64,000 bases of DNA from Nitrosopumilaceae archaeon (GTDB lineage: Archaea > Thermoproteota > Nitrososphaeria > Nitrososphaerales > Nitrosopumilaceae): assembly GCA_965207375.1 (NCBI GenBank), contig OZ242274.1, positions 1,440,001 to 1,504,000 on the forward strand. Direction: 5' to 3'. This document shows, piece after piece, positions 62,149 to 64,000 of the stretch; the stretch's first letter is position 1; each line of letters begins with the position of its first letter. A program made the position numbers and the translations under genes. The notes beneath the pieces are model-generated. The model ran no database searches, was not told where the DNA came from, and worked only from the letters and a program-made list of their open reading frames with translations.

Positions 62149-64000
62149 CTGCGCCAATCAAAAAGGACATCATTGACAATCAGAAAGATATTACAATGCA
62201 AAAGATTCTAAACTCTGAAATTCCACATGCACAAAACATTGACATCTCAACTGGATACTTTGATGTTAAAGGATATGGAATGCTTCGAAACACCTTGGAT
62301 AAGGCTGCTACAGATAAATTATTTTCAATGCGATTACTCTTAGGCAAAGAAGCAATACTGCCACAGGAAGGCCCTTTTGAAAAGTATGCAAAAAAATACA
62401 ATGAATCAATTGCAGAATCATCACTAAAGACAAATCTGGATGATACAGAACTCTCCGTTAGGTCAAGAGATGACACCACTGCATTGATCAAACTATTACA
62501 ACAAGAAAACATCCATGTAAGACTAGGTGCTAGCAGATTCAACCATTCAAAATGCTACATTTTAGGAAACAATTCGGTCTTTATTGGTTCTAGCAACCTT
62601 ACGGCAGGAGGCATGACTGGAAACTATGAACTCAACGCAGGTCTGTACCAACCAGGAATTGCAGAGCAAACAAGGCAATGGTTTGACCGAATGTGGAGCA
62701 CCGCCGAAGATACAAAACAGCAGCTAATCGACGTGTTACAACGATCAAAGTTTGGTGCGCCAGCTGAGCCATACGAAGTATACATGAAGATGTTATTTGA
62801 GCGGTTTAGACCTTTGCTTGAACAGGTAGACCCCGACACTAGAGAAAACAAGACACTAACAAAGTTTCAGCAAGATGCAATACACGCTGCAATGTTTATT
62901 GTATCTGAATTTGGTGGAGTAATGATTGCAGATGCCACGGGTCTAGGCAAGACCAACATGGGAATTGAAATGGTACGACAAAAGGTGTTAAAGGAAGGCA
63001 AAAAAGTACTGCTTGTAGCACCTGCACAGGTTCTGCACAGCATGTGGACAGAAAAGCTAAAGGAGGTAGACATTAACATTCGTGAGACGCTCACCATGGA
63101 ATCTCTAGGCAGAGAGGACATCATAAACACGCTTGGCAAATATAGAAACATAGATTTGGTATTAATTGACGAATCACAGAACTTTCGTTCAAAGGGTGCA
63201 AACAGAAGAACAAACCTGATGAAATTGATGAGCATAGGAAAAAGAAAGCAGGTCATATTACTGACTGCTACACCAATTAACAATTCACTGATGGATCTAT
63301 ACTATCAGATATCTATAATATCAGGCGGTGAGGATCATTACTTTTACCGTCATACGGGAATACCTGACCTGTACAAGCACATGAGGGATGCTGCAAACAA
63401 GGATCTTGCACAGGGACTAGAAAAGATACAACAACTGTTAGATTTTATCATGGTGCGGCGCACTAGGTCATACATTAAAGAGGTATACAAAGATGACAAG
63501 ATAGGAAACAAGGCAATAAAGTTTCCAACACACGACTATTCTCCAATCAAATATGACCTTGCAGATCTATTTGGAAACATCTTTAAAAAAATTCTAGATG
63601 ATATTGGTCAGCTTACAATGGCCCCATACGGGCTTGGCAGATACGACAAGAGACTATCTGAAGAAGAACAGGAAAAGTACAGGGCAGCAGGCCATCTACA
63701 GGTCACATTATTGCTAAAGAGATTTGAGAGCAGTGTGGAGGCTGTACGAATAAGTCTTGAAAACAAGGTAAACCTGTACCGATACATCAAAAAAGTCATA
63801 GATGAGGGAAAGATTCTCCGTGTACGAGATTTTAACAAAATAATGACAAAGTGGAGCTCTGCTGAATCAAGCAAGGACCCAGACCTAGATACAGATGAAG
63901 ATGAAAAGATGAAATTCTTTCTTGATGCGATTGCAGGAATTCAAAAAGAGGAGATGGGCAAAAACTATAATGTCAAAACCCTAAGAGATGATATACAAAA
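62145..64000 (+). CDS. PLD-nuclease + SNF2-type helicase (runs off the window)
   Basis: ATG overlaps the RM stop; STGYF, HSKCY..., GSSNLT (PLD); ADATGLGKT, IDESQNFR, LTATP. Confidence 0.85.
   Translation, partial: MTAPIKKDIIDNQKDITMQKILNSEIPHAQNIDISTGYFDVKGYGMLRNTLDKAATDKLFSMRLLLGKEAILPQEGPFEKYAKKYNESIAESSLKTNLDDTELSVRSRDDTTALIKLLQQENIHVRLGASRFNHSKCYILGNNSVFIGSSNLTAGGMTGNYELNAGLYQPGIAEQTRQWFDRMWSTAEDTKQQLIDVLQRSKFGAPAEPYEVYMKMLFERFRPLLEQVDPDTRENKTLTKFQQDAIHAAMFIVSEFGGVMIADATGLGKTNMGIEMVRQKVLKEGKKVLLVAPAQVLHSMWTEKLKEVDINIRETLTMESLGREDIINTLGKYRNIDLVLIDESQNFRSKGANRRTNLMKLMSIGKRKQVILLTATPINNSLMDLYYQISIISGGEDHYFYRHTGIPDLYKHMRDAANKDLAQGLEKIQQLLDFIMVRRTRSYIKEVYKDDKIGNKAIKFPTHDYSPIKYDLADLFGNIFKKILDDIGQLTMAPYGLGRYDKRLSEEEQEKYRAAGHLQVTLLLKRFESSVEAVRISLENKVNLYRYIKKVIDEGKILRVRDFNKIMTKWSSAESSKDPDLDTDEDEKMKFFLDAIAGIQKEEMGKNYNVKTLRDDIQ

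Noticed and set aside
62180-63874. Minus-strand ORFs in the last 2 kb
   Set aside because: Antisense to the open PLD-helicase frame, which the ORF track omits because it has no stop in the window.

Overview
AT-rich archaeal window. PolB, PriS, PriL and small Zn-ribbon proteins look Nitrososphaerota/Nitrosopumilaceae-like (inferred from motifs, no database search run). Most of it (~9.9-56.8 kb) reads as a large virus- or plasmid-like element with almost all genes on the + strand; no capsid, integrase or conjugation gene is recognisable in the window. Layout: (i) 0-9.7 kb accessory genes, IS elements, toxin-antitoxin pairs and an atypical tRNA-Phe; (ii) 10.2-11.8 kb an array of seven box C/D sRNA-like units with a conserved scaffold and variable paired guides (TIGR/snoRNA-like, no Nop-domain protein visible); (iii) 12-16.5 kb five copies of a covarying structured RNA, each placed before a gene; (iv) 16.6-34.9 kb about 40 small early/anti-defence-type genes (ArdC, SSB, thermonuclease, GHKL ATPase, two proteins ending IPAVAGG), most of them bracketed by two hammerhead ribozymes that share an unusual three-helix replacement of stem II; (v) 35-40 kb IS66 and IS630 insertions and repeats; (vi) 41.9-56.3 kb a replication/methylation module (ParB-MTase, SF3 helicase, candidate origin, PolB, XPD/DinG, PriL, ParB, MT-A70, chorismate mutase, PriS); (vii) 58.1-64 kb a type IIG-like restriction-modification gene and a PLD-SNF2 helicase. 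The main novelty is the non-coding RNA complement. All RNA structures were paired by eye and need computational and experimental confirmation.
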